Counted from the first letter of the stretch, positions 19,348 through 30,057 are shown. The stretch is DNA of 64,000 nt from Candidatus Limnocylindrus sp. (GCA_040397215.1 JBBAWK010000002.1); one strand, 5' to 3'. The notes: generated by a model not told the origin, from the letters alone. A program made the numbers and translations.

Positions 19348-20306
19348 TGGCAACGGGTGCGACCCTCCATCGCCCCGTCTTACTGACTGAACTGCGCGGC
19401 GCGCTGGCGGTGCGCCCAAACGGCACCTATGTCGACGCCAACCTCGGTGGTGGCGGACACGCCGAAGCGGTGCTTGAAGCCTCCGGGCCACGCGGACTCC
19501 TTCTCGGTATTGATGCGGATGGTGGCGCGATCGCGATGAGTCGGGTGCGACTCGCTCGCTTCGGCGACCGCCTCTCCACATTCCACGGGAGCAGCACACA
19601 CCTCGCGCGTGCCGTTACCGATGCCGGCTTCAGCGAGGTTGACGGCGTCTACTTCGATCTCGGGCTCTCCTCCGATCAGCTCGTTGACCGCGAACGCGGA
19701 TTCGGCATTCGCGCGGGTGGCCTCCTTGACCTGCGCTTCGACACACGCACCGGTGAATCGGCGGCTGAGCTGGTTGCACAGGCGAGCGCGGCCGAGCTTG
19801 AGCAAATCTTCCGCGACTATGGTGAAGAGCCTCACGCGGCGAAGATTTCGCGGGCCATCGTTGCAACGCGTGTGAGTGCGCCGATCACCACCGCAGAGGG
19901 ACTCGCCGCACTCGTGGAGCAGAGTGTGCCAAAGCGCTACGGCCCACCATCACGGATTCATCCAGCGACGCGCGTCTTTCAGGCGCTGCGCATTGCGGTC
20001 AACGACGAACTCACCGCCCTCAGCACGGCGCTTGCCGCAGCGATCGCCGCACTTTGCGTCGGTGGGCGTATTGTTGTCCTTACGTATCACTCCCTTGAAG
20101 ATCGCATTGTGAAGCAGGCGTTTGCTGCCGCGGCGCGCGTCTGCATCTGCCCGCCGCGTGTTCCCGTCTGCACTTGCGCAAGCCAGGCAACGCTGCGCCT
20201 CATTAACAAGCACCCCATCACCGCAAGTGAAGAGGAGATTGCTGCAAACCCACGAAGTCGCAGCGCTAAGCTTCGAGCGGCAGAGCGACTAGAGCGTGCA
20301 GCATGA
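19347..20306 (+). CDS. rsmH: 16S rRNA (cytosine1402-N4)-methyltransferase
   Basis: It has SAM-binding motifs (YVDANLGGGGH, DLGLSSDQL). Its ATG overlaps the mraZ stop. Confidence 0.9.
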   Translation: MATGATLHRPVLLTELRGALAVRPNGTYVDANLGGGGHAEAVLEASGPRGLLLGIDADGGAIAMSRVRLARFGDRLSTFHGSSTHLARAVTDAGFSEVDGVYFDLGLSSDQLVDRERGFGIRAGGLLDLRFDTRTGESAAELVAQASAAELEQIFRDYGEEPHAAKISRAIVATRVSAPITTAEGLAALVEQSVPKRYGPPSRIHPATRVFQALRIAVNDELTALSTALAAAIAALCVGGRIVVLTYHSLEDRIVKQAFAAAARVCICPPRVPVCTCASQATLRLINKHPITASEEEIAANPRSRSAKLRAAERLERAA

Positions 20307-20845
20307 CCACGATCGGCCGCTCAATCCGGGGCGCACAGTTAGTGACACCACCGTATCAGCCACGAATCTCCGACAGCCGAGCCGCCGCTGCGGTGCGACA
20401 GCGTATCGCAATTCAAAACGCCTTCCGACCGATGAGCGCCGCCGTAGGAACTGGCTCAATTCGCGTCGGCACGCGGCCCGCCCCAGGAACGCCCGTAGCG
20501 CGTACGGCGGTGATCCCGGGTGCCGCTCCGCGTGGGCGCATCGGCGTCTCTTCATGGAACGCGGTGGAACGCCACGGTGGCCTCAGCGCCAAGCTCGGCT
20601 CGTGGCTCATGCCGACCGCCGTCCTCTTTGGCGCCTTCTTTTTTTTGACCATCCTATCAATCGAGATCGCGACGTCGAGCGCCAAGGTGACCACCCTGAT
20701 CGATGAGCAGACGCGGCTCATGGAGGAGATTCGCGTCGGCGAGACAGATATGAGCCGACTCGGTCGTGAGCCAGCGGTACGCCGACGCGTGACCAGCCTC
20801 GGCGTTGTGCAACTAGCGGACCCACTTGTTGTGGAGGTCCGCTAG
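20303..20845 (+). CDS. ftsL: cell division protein FtsL-like (single TM plus coiled coil)
   Basis: It sits between rsmH and ftsI. It has one TM helix (LMPTAVLFGAFFFLTILSI) followed by a coiled-coil segment. Its ATG overlaps the rsmH stop. The long cytoplasmic N-terminus makes the start uncertain. Confidence 0.6.
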   Translation: MTTIGRSIRGAQLVTPPYQPRISDSRAAAAVRQRIAIQNAFRPMSAAVGTGSIRVGTRPAPGTPVARTAVIPGAAPRGRIGVSSWNAVERHGGLSAKLGSWLMPTAVLFGAFFFLTILSIEIATSSAKVTTLIDEQTRLMEEIRVGETDMSRLGREPAVRRRVTSLGVVQLADPLVVEVR

Positions 20846-22765
20846 ATGGCGCCCGATCCGCGGACCGTGCGAACCGACTCGCGCCTCCGTGCCAATTTCG
20901 TCACGCTCGTACTTATTCTGATTGCTACCGTCTGTGTCGCACGACTCGGCTATTGGCAGGTTGTTGCTCGCGATCGACTGCTTGATGCGGGTGCCGCCCA
21001 GTTGCGGACCACCGTCACAAACGAGCCCATTCGGGGCACCATCACGGACCGCACCGGTGCCGTCGTGCTGGCCACAACGGTGCTGCGCCACCGCATCCTC
21101 TCCCAAGGGGCGGCTCGCTCAGCGGCAGATCGGGCATCGACCGCTGACGCGCTGGCTACGGCACTCGCCTTGAGCCCGTCGAACGCCACAAAGGTGCGCG
21201 CCGTGCTTGAGTCTGGTCGTAAGTGGGCCGTGCTCCTCCCAGCGCTCGATGATGCTCAGACGGACATCGTGCGAGGGGAGATCGCAGCGGATCGCGTGCG
21301 CGGGGTAACCCTCGAAGAGGTTCGGGTTCGCCTCTATCCTCAGCCAGGCGGCGGTGTGGGTACGACGCTTGCGAGCCACATCCTCGGATTCGTCAATTCA
21401 GATGGGAGTGGTCAGTACGGCCTTGAGGAGTATTACAACGAGCAGCTCGCCGGTGCAGCGAGCGTCAGCACAACGGTACGCGGCACCGATGGTCAGCTAG
21501 TAACGACGCAGGTAACCACAGGTCGAACCCCATCAAACCTGCAGCTCTGCATTGACGCCACGTTGCAAACCCTGGTTGAGCAGGAGGTTGCGACGGCTGG
21601 GATCGCCGATGATGCCGAATCAGTAAGCGCGATCGTGATGAATCCGTATACAGGCGCGATCATCTCCTCAGCCTCATGGCCCTCCTACGATGCCAACAGC
21701 TTCGGCGTGACCGCCGCGCGCGACCCAAGCCGCTTCCTTAATCCAGCAACGACTAGTGTCTATGAGCCTGGATCGGTGATGAAGGCGATCACCTCTGTCG
21801 CTGCATTGGAGTCAGGCCTTTATACGCCGACGACCACCATTCAAGACGATGCGCTACTCACGCTCGACAATGGTGCGACCAAGGTGCGTAACTCTGACCA
21901 CAAGTCAAAAGGCTCCATGACGCTCACCGCGGCGCTCGCTTGGAGCCGCAACATCATCTTTAGCAAGGTTGGCCTCTCACTCGGCAGCAACGCACGTGAG
22001 GCTGCTGCGCGTCTCTACGGCACGTGGCTGCGGTTTGGATTCGGTGGCAAGACCGGGATTGACGTTGTGGGAGAGAGCCAGGGCTTGGTGAACGATCCAG
22101 CCGATCGTCGATGGCGCGAGATTGATGTCGCAAATGCCTCGTTCGGACAGGGTGTTGGAACGACGCTCATGCAGCTTGCTGTTGCCTATTCGGCGCTCGT
22201 GAACGGCGGTGTGCTGGTGCGCCCACGTCTCGTGGAATCTGTAGACGGTGTCACCATCCCAATCACCGTTCGCGGAACGGCGACCACCCCTGATGTTTCG
22301 GCGCAGATGGTGCGCATGACGAGCCAAGTTACGAAGAGCGTGCCCTTCTACGCCAAGTTGACCCGCATGGATGGGTACGCCCACGGCGGGAAAACTGGAA
22401 CCGCGCAGATCTGGCTGAAGGACGCCGACGGTGGTAAGGGTGCGTGGGACTTTGAGCATTACAACTTCACCTTCGTTGGTTGGGTCGGCAAGACTGCGCC
22501 GGAGTACGTCATCGCAATCTCCATTCGCCGAGGAACTCCGGTCACACAGCGACAAGGTGCGATCGTGAATCGCATCGAGTCCTTTGAGCTCTTTCGCCGA
22601 GTAGCGCAAGACCTCATCTCCGTGTACAACATTCCCCCCGCCGTTGCGGCTGCAGCTGGCGGCTTGACTCCCCCCACCCACCCCGGCGCGCCGGAACCCT
22701 CCGCTCCGGTTATGCCGGCGGTGGGTGGGGATCTACCAACCTTCCGCAGCGTGAGGCGTGGCTGA
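20846..22765 (+). CDS. ftsI: peptidoglycan D,D-transpeptidase (class B PBP)
   Basis: It has the SxxK (SVMK), SxN (SRN) and KTG(T) motifs of class B PBPs. The N-terminal TM anchor is present. Confidence 0.9.
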   Translation: MAPDPRTVRTDSRLRANFVTLVLILIATVCVARLGYWQVVARDRLLDAGAAQLRTTVTNEPIRGTITDRTGAVVLATTVLRHRILSQGAARSAADRASTADALATALALSPSNATKVRAVLESGRKWAVLLPALDDAQTDIVRGEIAADRVRGVTLEEVRVRLYPQPGGGVGTTLASHILGFVNSDGSGQYGLEEYYNEQLAGAASVSTTVRGTDGQLVTTQVTTGRTPSNLQLCIDATLQTLVEQEVATAGIADDAESVSAIVMNPYTGAIISSASWPSYDANSFGVTAARDPSRFLNPATTSVYEPGSVMKAITSVAALESGLYTPTTTIQDDALLTLDNGATKVRNSDHKSKGSMTLTAALAWSRNIIFSKVGLSLGSNAREAAARLYGTWLRFGFGGKTGIDVVGESQGLVNDPADRRWREIDVANASFGQGVGTTLMQLAVAYSALVNGGVLVRPRLVESVDGVTIPITVRGTATTPDVSAQMVRMTSQVTKSVPFYAKLTRMDGYAHGGKTGTAQIWLKDADGGKGAWDFEHYNFTFVGWVGKTAPEYVIAISIRRGTPVTQRQGAIVNRIESFELFRRVAQDLISVYNIPPAVAAAAGGLTPPTHPGAPEPSAPVMPAVGGDLPTFRSVRRG

Positions 22766-24249
22766 TGGGTCTTTCAGCAGCAGCACGAACGGTTAGCGGG
22801 CCCCTCGCCACATCGGGCCACGAACTTGCCAGCATCCTGGGCGGCACGCTGATCGCTGATGGCACGCAGGCGATCCGCGGCTGCGCGGTCGATTCGCGCC
22901 TTGCCACTGCAGGTCAACTGTTCCTCGCCCTCCCGGGTGAACGAACGCACGGTCTCCACCATGCAAGTGAGGCGCTGCGCGCGGGCGCGACAGCCATTGT
23001 CCTTGAGGGGGGAGAGGCAACTTCAGAAAGTCGACAGATTTTGGCCGAGGTTGAGCTGGCGGTACGAGCGACGGGTGCTTCGCTGATCAGTGTCGAGGAG
23101 GGGCGTGTTGCCCTCAGCCGTGCGGCAACGGAGTGGCGCAACCGCTTCACGCTCGAGGTGATCGGAGTGACTGGCTCTGTGGGGAAGACCACGACAAAGC
23201 AGCTTATCGCCGCCGCCCTTGGGGGTGAGTCGGCCGGCTGCGCCGCCACCCCAGGGAACGCCAACAACGAGATCGGGCTGCCCATGTCGCTGCTCAATCT
23301 CCCCGACGGAACTGTGCGTTACGTCGCCGAGATGGGGATGTACGTCGAGGGTGATATCCGGGCGCTCTGCACCCTGGCGCGCCCCCGCATCGGTGTGGTG
23401 ACCGCCATTGATGCCGTGCACGCCGAACGGGCAGGGGACCTTGATGCCATCGAGCGCGGCAAGGGTGAGCTCGTTGAGGCACTCCCCCCTGAGGGCTGGG
23501 CTGTACTCGCCGCCGACGACCTCCGTGTCGCTCGTCTCGCCACGCGAACATCGGCGCGTAGCGTTACGGCCGGCCACGCTGCGACCGCCGATGTTCGTAT
23601 CGTTGATGCGGTACTCGATGAAGCGTCGGGCCACACCGCTGTCACGTTGCAGATCCGCACTGAATCGGTACGCGTTGATCTGCCGCTCTTTGGGCTTCAC
23701 TTCGCCAAAGCGGCGGCGCTCGCTATCGCCGTTGCAGATCTCTGCGGGATCGCCCCAGGTGAGGCTGCGGCCCGTCTCGCCACCGTGCAGCTTCCATCTG
23801 GGCGCGCCACGGTACGGATGATGTCGGGCATTCGAGTGATTGATGATGCGTACAACGCTGCACCCACCAGCATGGCAGCGGCGCTGACAACGCTTGCAGC
23901 CTGCCGCCCACACCGCTTTGCGGCGCTGGGTGCCATGGGGGAGCTCGGGGCATATTCTGGCGACGCCCATAACGCCGTTGGACACGCCGCTGCAACGAGC
24001 GGGCTTGAACTGTTGATCGTGTTTGGAGCCGAGGCTGATGGCATTGCCGAAGGGGCGCGGGCGGGCGGTATGCCGATCGAGAAGATCATGCGCCTGAGTA
24101 GTGACGAAGCTGGCATTACCGCCGCCGTTGGACTCTTGGGCGACATGGCGGCGTCGGGCGACACTATCTTGGTAAAGGCATCGCGCTCGGTAGAGCTGGA
24201 GCGATTAATCGGTGGGCTCGCCACCCGCTGGATTGAGGAGGCGAAGTGA
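22765..24249 (+). CDS. murF: UDP-N-acetylmuramoyl-tripeptide--D-alanyl-D-alanine ligase
   Basis: It has the Mur ligase P-loop (GVTGSVGKTTTK), the DDAYNAAP motif diagnostic of MurF, and a C-terminal GDTILVKASRS. It lies directly upstream of mraY. Confidence 0.8.
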   Translation: MGLSAAARTVSGPLATSGHELASILGGTLIADGTQAIRGCAVDSRLATAGQLFLALPGERTHGLHHASEALRAGATAIVLEGGEATSESRQILAEVELAVRATGASLISVEEGRVALSRAATEWRNRFTLEVIGVTGSVGKTTTKQLIAAALGGESAGCAATPGNANNEIGLPMSLLNLPDGTVRYVAEMGMYVEGDIRALCTLARPRIGVVTAIDAVHAERAGDLDAIERGKGELVEALPPEGWAVLAADDLRVARLATRTSARSVTAGHAATADVRIVDAVLDEASGHTAVTLQIRTESVRVDLPLFGLHFAKAAALAIAVADLCGIAPGEAAARLATVQLPSGRATVRMMSGIRVIDDAYNAAPTSMAAALTTLAACRPHRFAALGAMGELGAYSGDAHNAVGHAAATSGLELLIVFGAEADGIAEGARAGGMPIEKIMRLSSDEAGITAAVGLLGDMAASGDTILVKASRSVELERLIGGLATRWIEEAK

Positions 24250-25217
24250 TTGCCATTGTTCAGGCGCTCGTGCTCGCATTCGCCTGTGTCTTCGTGCTGA
24301 TGCCGGCTTACCTTCGCATCTTGAAGTACGCAGGGTTTGGCAAACGCGTTCGACGAGAGTTTGGCCCTGAGTGGCACATCGTCAAAGAGGGGACACCGAC
24401 GATGGGTGGGCTCCTGCTCACTGGAATTGTAATCGTGCTCGCGCTCCTCCTCGATGTAGTTGACGCCTCTACCTACGCCGTCCTTCTTGCACTGCTTGGA
24501 GTCACCCTTCTGGGCGCGTTTGATGATTGGCTGAATGCGCGCACCGGCGATGGCATCTCAGCGCGACAGAAGGTACTCTGGCAGACTGGGGTGGCAATCA
24601 TCTCGGCCATCTATCTTCAGCAGCACTTCGCCTTCTCGTCACTCGTCGTGCCCTTTGTTGGCGAGGTACCGATCGCACCAATCCTGTGGATCGCCGTCGC
24701 CGTGGTTGCCATCGTCGCGACAAGCAACGGCGTGAACCTCACCGACGGCCTCGACGGGCTTTCTGGTGGAACCATGACCTTCGCATGGATCAGCTATATG
24801 GTGATCGCGCTCCTCAACGCTCCAGGACAGGTTAATCTTGCGATCGTCTGCGCACTGATCGCGGGCGCGCTGGTTGGCTTCCTCTGGTTCAATGTGCATC
24901 CAGCGAGCGTGATCATTGGTGATGCTGGCGCACTCGGATTCGGCGCCGCACTCGCAGTCACAGGGCTGGTGACCGGCCACGTGCTGCTCCTGCCGCTCAT
25001 CGGCATCATCTTTGTGGTTGAGACCGGCTCAGTCATCCTGCAGGTGGCGAGCGTCAAGCTCACCGGCAAGCGCATCTTCTTGTTCACGCCGATCCACCAC
25101 CACTTCGAGCGGCTCGGCTGGGCGGAGACGCAGATCACCTTCCGCTTCTGGATCATCGGTGCGATTGGTGGCATCCTCGGCATTGTCACCTTCCTTGCTA
25201 CACGAGCGCAAGGATGA
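24246..25217 (+). CDS. mraY: phospho-N-acetylmuramoyl-pentapeptide transferase
   Basis: It is a polytopic membrane protein with the MraY signature (NGVNLTDGLDGL, HHHFE). Its GTG start overlaps the murF stop. Confidence 0.9.
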   Translation: MIAIVQALVLAFACVFVLMPAYLRILKYAGFGKRVRREFGPEWHIVKEGTPTMGGLLLTGIVIVLALLLDVVDASTYAVLLALLGVTLLGAFDDWLNARTGDGISARQKVLWQTGVAIISAIYLQQHFAFSSLVVPFVGEVPIAPILWIAVAVVAIVATSNGVNLTDGLDGLSGGTMTFAWISYMVIALLNAPGQVNLAIVCALIAGALVGFLWFNVHPASVIIGDAGALGFGAALAVTGLVTGHVLLLPLIGIIFVVETGSVILQVASVKLTGKRIFLFTPIHHHFERLGWAETQITFRFWIIGAIGGILGIVTFLATRAQG

Positions 25218-26770
25218 GTGGCGACGGCCTCACCCTGAACGATCTTGAGGCGCCAGCCATTGCGGCGGGGAGCCTGCGCGAGCGAAACGTGCTGATCCTT
25301 GGCGGCGGGCGCACTGGCCAAGCAGCTGCCGCATTTGCCGCTGGAGCGGGTGCGAGTGTGACGGTCCACGACACAGACACCATGGAACGAGTGGTCGGCG
25401 CTGCCGAGGCTTTCGCTGGCAGCGCAATTCGTACCTCGTTCGGCGATGCCGAGAACCTGGCGCCGCTGCTCGCCGAGGCGGATCTCGTTGTGCATAGCCC
25501 CGCGGTAACGCTCGGATTCCCTACGGTGCACCCCGCCATTGAGCGCGACCTTCGCGCCTTTGCAGCTGGGTCGATCCCGCTCGTCGGAGAGAGTGGCATT
25601 CGTGGTCCAGTGCTGATCAGTGAGCCGGAGTGGGCACTTCGCCTCTTGGGCAACCGTTGGCGTGTTGGCGTGACGGGGACGAAGGGGAAGAGCACCACCA
25701 GCAACCTGATCGCGACGATTCTGGCGCGAGACCCTTCACACCCGGTAGAACTCGGCGGAAACAACGGGAAGCCACTGATCGGACGCGCGGCAACACTCCC
25801 AGCGGATACACGTGTCGTGATCGAGCTGTCAGAGCTGCAGCTCCCATCGCTCCACTCGGCTGTTGATGTTGGTGTGTTCACGAACGTGACCGTTGATCAC
25901 CTCGATCGGCATGGCAGCGTTGGTGCGTACCGCAGTGTCAAGCGACTCCTCGCAGATCGCATCGCTGATGACGGCGTCATGGTCGTTAACCTTGATGACC
26001 CAGTGGTCGCCGCGTATGGAGGAATCGGACGCGTTGAGATGGTCGGGTATCGCCTCAGCAGCCCAATCCCAGGCGGGGTCGGGATTGTTGGTGGCTGGAT
26101 CGTTGCCGCTGGGGTTCTGCGCGCCCCGCAATTTGGTGGCGGCGTTGCTGCGACCGGTCCTGGTGGGCGCATCATGCCGGTCGGCGAGATTGCACTCCCC
26201 GGCGAACATAGCGTGAGCAATGTGCTCGCCGCCGTCAGCGTGGCACTCATTGCGGGGGTGGCACCAGACGCAATCCGGAGCGCAGTAGGATCGTTTACCG
26301 GCATTCCGCACCGACTCGAGACGGTTGCCGTGGTCAACGGCATTCGCTACGTGAACGATTCACAGGCGACGCAGCCAGACGCGGTTGCCGCTGCAGTTCG
26401 ATCGTTCCCAAAGCCCCTGGTCCTCATTGCTGGCGGGCGAAGCAAGGGGCTCGACCTGACTGACCTGGCGCCGATTGTTGCCGAACGCTGCTCCGCCGTC
26501 GTGGTGATGGGTGAACTTGCCGATGAGCTCGAGGCCCTCTTCCGCAGTGCAGGCCTCCAGCGCATTGAGCGCGCGACGAGTGTGGAGAGCGCGGTAGAGG
26601 TGGGAACCGGCCTGGCGCACGAGATCGGCACCCCGAGCACAGATGGGATTTGCGCAACGCTGCTGCTGAGCCCGATCGGTTCAAGCTTTGATATGTATAA
26701 CAACCCCTTCGGCGCACGTGGAGAGGCGTTCCGCTCCGCGGTCCTTGCGCAGGTTGAGGTCGCACCATGA
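25214..26770 (+). CDS. murD: UDP-N-acetylmuramoylalanine--D-glutamate ligase
   Basis: It has a Rossmann N-terminal domain (ILGGGRTGQAAA), the Mur ligase P-loop (GVTGTKGKSTT) and a C-terminal domain. Its ATG overlaps the mraY stop. Confidence 0.85.
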   Translation: MSGDGLTLNDLEAPAIAAGSLRERNVLILGGGRTGQAAAAFAAGAGASVTVHDTDTMERVVGAAEAFAGSAIRTSFGDAENLAPLLAEADLVVHSPAVTLGFPTVHPAIERDLRAFAAGSIPLVGESGIRGPVLISEPEWALRLLGNRWRVGVTGTKGKSTTSNLIATILARDPSHPVELGGNNGKPLIGRAATLPADTRVVIELSELQLPSLHSAVDVGVFTNVTVDHLDRHGSVGAYRSVKRLLADRIADDGVMVVNLDDPVVAAYGGIGRVEMVGYRLSSPIPGGVGIVGGWIVAAGVLRAPQFGGGVAATGPGGRIMPVGEIALPGEHSVSNVLAAVSVALIAGVAPDAIRSAVGSFTGIPHRLETVAVVNGIRYVNDSQATQPDAVAAAVRSFPKPLVLIAGGRSKGLDLTDLAPIVAERCSAVVVMGELADELEALFRSAGLQRIERATSVESAVEVGTGLAHEIGTPSTDGICATLLLSPIGSSFDMYNNPFGARGEAFRSAVLAQVEVAP

Positions 26771-28092
26771 GCCGACTCGTGCGACAGCCGGGCGTAATGT
26801 GCACCCCTGGAGCTCGCCCGGCTAACGGCGGGGCACCACAGCGAATCGGCTCTGCGCGCCAACGCATCGCGAGCGCGCTACGGATTGAACGTCCGGGCGA
26901 AGATATGGCGATCCTCTTCCCCGCAGTGGTCCTCGTGGGGATTGGGGTGTTGATGGTCTTCTCCGCCTCGGCGATGAATAGCCTGATCACCAATGACGAT
27001 GCGTACGGTGCGGGTGGCAAGCAGTTCGTCTACGCAATCATCGGCTTTTGCTTTATGTATTTCTTCTCTGCTGCCGATTACCGTCGCTGGCGCTCATTCG
27101 CGCCACTCGCCATGATCATCTCGATTGTCCTCCTGATCGCTGTGATGATCCCTGGAGTTCCCACCGAGGCTGGCCTTCGACGCTCGCTTTCAGTCGGACC
27201 GATCAGCATCCACGTCGCTGAGGCGGCGAAGTTCTCCCTGATCATCTTCCTGGCTGATTTTCTCGCTCGGCGAGGTCACGAGGTCGGAAAGAAGTTCGAG
27301 ATGATGCTCTCGCCACTCTTGGCGATCGCGCTCTCTGTCGGCTTGGTACTTGTCGAGCCAGATCTCGGCACCGCGTCGATTCTCGGCCTGGTCGGGTTCT
27401 CGCTGCTCTTTGTCGGGGGCGTCCCACTGCGCTGGGTGCTGGTGCCGGGGGTTGGGGCGGCAGCGTTCGCCATCGCCCTGATGTTCGCTAATGGATATCA
27501 GGCCGCCCGCCTCGGCGGGTTCAGCGACCCGTTCTCTGATCCAACCGGCACCACCTATCAGACGCTGCAAGGCTTGATCGCGATGGCAGTCGGCGGGCCA
27601 CTCGGCTCGGGGCTCGGCTCTTCTCAGCAGCTGGGTGGGATCAATATTCCGTATGCCTGGAACGACTACATCTTTGCGGTGATTGGCGAGGAGGCTGGCC
27701 TGCTCGGCATGCTCATAGTGATCGCGGCCTTCTTGGCGATCGCCCTCCGCGGCCTGCGCACGGCACGTCGCGCCCCCGACACCTACGGCGCACTGCTGGC
27801 AACGGGCATCGTGGTCTGGATCTCTGGGCAGGCGTTCGTGAATATCGCGGTAGTGCTTGCCCTGCTCCCAGTGACCGGCGTGCCGCTCCCGCTGGTCTCC
27901 CAGGGTGGCTCTTCACTCATAGTGCTGATGGCAGCAATTGGGCTGCTCCTCTCGGTGTCGCGTGAGACGATGGATCCAAGCCAAGCAGGAGGTAGTGATG
28001 CGCGTGCTAATCGCGGGTGGCGGAACGGGGGGGCATCTCTTCCCCGCGTTCGCCGTAGCTCGTACGGTTCGCCAGCTCCACTCCGACGCTGA
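26767..28092 (+). CDS. ftsW: peptidoglycan glycosyltransferase FtsW (SEDS family)
   Basis: It has about 10 TM segments and SEDS motifs (GGSS near the C-terminus). Its ATG overlaps the murD stop. The 3' tail overlaps murG by 95 nt. Confidence 0.8.
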   Translation: MSRLVRQPGVMCTPGARPANGGAPQRIGSARQRIASALRIERPGEDMAILFPAVVLVGIGVLMVFSASAMNSLITNDDAYGAGGKQFVYAIIGFCFMYFFSAADYRRWRSFAPLAMIISIVLLIAVMIPGVPTEAGLRRSLSVGPISIHVAEAAKFSLIIFLADFLARRGHEVGKKFEMMLSPLLAIALSVGLVLVEPDLGTASILGLVGFSLLFVGGVPLRWVLVPGVGAAAFAIALMFANGYQAARLGGFSDPFSDPTGTTYQTLQGLIAMAVGGPLGSGLGSSQQLGGINIPYAWNDYIFAVIGEEAGLLGMLIVIAAFLAIALRGLRTARRAPDTYGALLATGIVVWISGQAFVNIAVVLALLPVTGVPLPLVSQGGSSLIVLMAAIGLLLSVSRETMDPSQAGGSDARANRGWRNGGASLPRVRRSSYGSPAPLRR

Positions 28093-29101
28093 GATCAGCT
28101 GGCTCGGCGGCGCACGTGGCGTCGAGTCGCGCCTTGTTCCAGAGGCGGGATACCCGTTGACGCTCTTGGCCGCCCCAAGTCTGCGACCAAGCGGCGCCGG
28201 TCTGGTTGCGACCGCGCGTGATGCCGCCAAGCTGCTCTGGTCGATCCCACAAGCGATTCGCCTGATCCGTCGCGTGCGACCCGACGTGATCTTCTCGACT
28301 GGCGGCTACATCGCCATTCCTACGTTGATCGCCGCGTGGCTCACGCGCACGCCGAGCCTCCTCTGGGAGGGGAACGTGCAGGCAGGCCGATCGAACACTC
28401 TCGTAGCGCCGCTTGCCACGCATCGTGCCGTTGCCTGGAGAAAAACTGCGGAGCGCGCACCATGGAACGGCAGTGAGACAACGGTGACCGGCACGCCGAC
28501 GCGCGAATTAACCATTGATCGCACGATAGCCCGAACCGCACGCGGGCTTACCGAGAGCGGTCAACTCCTCTTGGTGTTTGGCGGCTCGCAGCGCGTTCGT
28601 CGCTTTGAGACGGCCCTCGACGGTGCGCTATCAACGCTGCTCACCGGCTGGAGCGTCCTACATGTGGTTATGGATGGCCTCCCCGATGCGGAGCGCCGGC
28701 GAGCGAGCCTCCCTGCGGAGCTTCGTGGCCGCTACCTGCCCGTCGAATTCCTGGGCGGGGGAGAAATGGAGGCGGCACTCGTCTCCGCAGATTTGATGCT
28801 CGGACGCGCCGGTGCATCGAGCATTGCTGAGGCTGCCGCCACTGGGCTCCCTGCCATCATCGTTCCGTACCCATTTGCCGGCGGCCATCAACGCGCGAAT
28901 GCAGAGGCCGCCGCAGCGGCTGGTGCTGTAACCCTCATCAACGATGAGGATTTGACCTCCGAACGCCTCCTCGCGGCGGTTGCCGACTATGCGACTCCAG
29001 CACAGCGCGCTGCAGCGGCGCGTGCCGCTACAACACTGGCGCACCCTGACGCCGCAGCGGTGATTGCACACAAACTGTTGCAGCTGGGCGGTCGGGGATG
29101 A
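27998..29101 (+). CDS. murG: undecaprenyldiphospho-muramoylpentapeptide beta-N-acetylglucosaminyltransferase
   Basis: The N-terminus is MRVLIAGGGTGGHLFPA. An AGGAGG RBS lies 6 nt upstream of the ATG at 27998. The track ORF beginning at 27938 has an over-extended N-terminus. Confidence 0.85.
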   Translation: MRVLIAGGGTGGHLFPAFAVARTVRQLHSDAEISWLGGARGVESRLVPEAGYPLTLLAAPSLRPSGAGLVATARDAAKLLWSIPQAIRLIRRVRPDVIFSTGGYIAIPTLIAAWLTRTPSLLWEGNVQAGRSNTLVAPLATHRAVAWRKTAERAPWNGSETTVTGTPTRELTIDRTIARTARGLTESGQLLLVFGGSQRVRRFETALDGALSTLLTGWSVLHVVMDGLPDAERRRASLPAELRGRYLPVEFLGGGEMEAALVSADLMLGRAGASSIAEAAATGLPAIIVPYPFAGGHQRANAEAAAAAGAVTLINDEDLTSERLLAAVADYATPAQRAAAARAATTLAHPDAAAVIAHKLLQLGGRG

Positions 29102-30057
29102 GCGAGGTGCACACGCATCAGACGTGGGCCGATGCCGAGGTTGCCGCCCGAGAGCTGGAGCGTCGACTCAGCTTGAAGGTGCTGCGCAACGAGCCACTCG
29201 CCGAACACACCACGATGCGTGTCGGTGGCCCCGCCGACCTCATGGTCACCATTCGCGATCGCTTCGCCCTGCGCGGGCTGGTTCGCCTCGCTGCGTCACG
29301 CGGCTGGCCACTGCGCATCCTTGGGCGCGGGAGCAATGTGGTGGTGGGGGACGCTGGCATGCGTGGCATCGTTGCCCTCAATCGCAGCGCGGGGTACGAC
29401 GTCGATCAGGCTGCGGGGACGATCTCCTTCGATTCAGGGGTCCCCATGGCGAAGGCGTCGACGATTGCCGCCGAGGCGGGGCTCACCGGGCTTGAGTTCG
29501 CCCTCGCCATCCCTGGGAACATCGGCGGTGCAATCTGGGCCAATGCAGGTGCGCACGGCGGCGAGATGGCCGCGATCACCTCCTCCATCACGCTCCTTCG
29601 CGCAGATGGTTCTGAAGCGGAGATCTCTATCGCTGACGCCGCGTTCAGCTACCGCGAGTCGAGATTCAAGCGTCCAGAGGGGAGCGGCGAAGTGATCCTG
29701 GGGGCGAGGGTCGCCCTGACACCAGGCGAGCCAGAGCTGATCAAGTCGCACCTCGAGGAGATCCGCCGCTGGCGTCGTGAGCATCAGCCGCTCGGCATCC
29801 CGAGCGCTGGCAGCGTCTTCCGCAATCCCCCAGGCGAGCTGAGCGCAGGCGCACTCATTGAGGCTGCGGGGATGAAGGGGGTGCGAGTTGGCGGTGCAGA
29901 GATCTCCGAGATGCACGCCAACTGGATCCTCAACCGCGGGGGAGCAACCGCAGCCGAGATCCGCGCGCTGCACGACACCTGCCGCGATACGGTTCATGCA
30001 CAGTGCGGGATCACCCTCGCCACCGAGATCGCCTTCATCGGGGAATCCGCCGCATGA
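29098..30057 (+). CDS. murB: UDP-N-acetylenolpyruvoylglucosamine reductase
   Basis: It has an FAD-binding PCMH domain (RVGGPADL) and the MurB C-terminal domain. Its start overlaps the murG stop. Confidence 0.85.
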   Translation: MSEVHTHQTWADAEVAARELERRLSLKVLRNEPLAEHTTMRVGGPADLMVTIRDRFALRGLVRLAASRGWPLRILGRGSNVVVGDAGMRGIVALNRSAGYDVDQAAGTISFDSGVPMAKASTIAAEAGLTGLEFALAIPGNIGGAIWANAGAHGGEMAAITSSITLLRADGSEAEISIADAAFSYRESRFKRPEGSGEVILGARVALTPGEPELIKSHLEEIRRWRREHQPLGIPSAGSVFRNPPGELSAGALIEAAGMKGVRVGGAEISEMHANWILNRGGATAAEIRALHDTCRDTVHAQCGITLATEIAFIGESAA

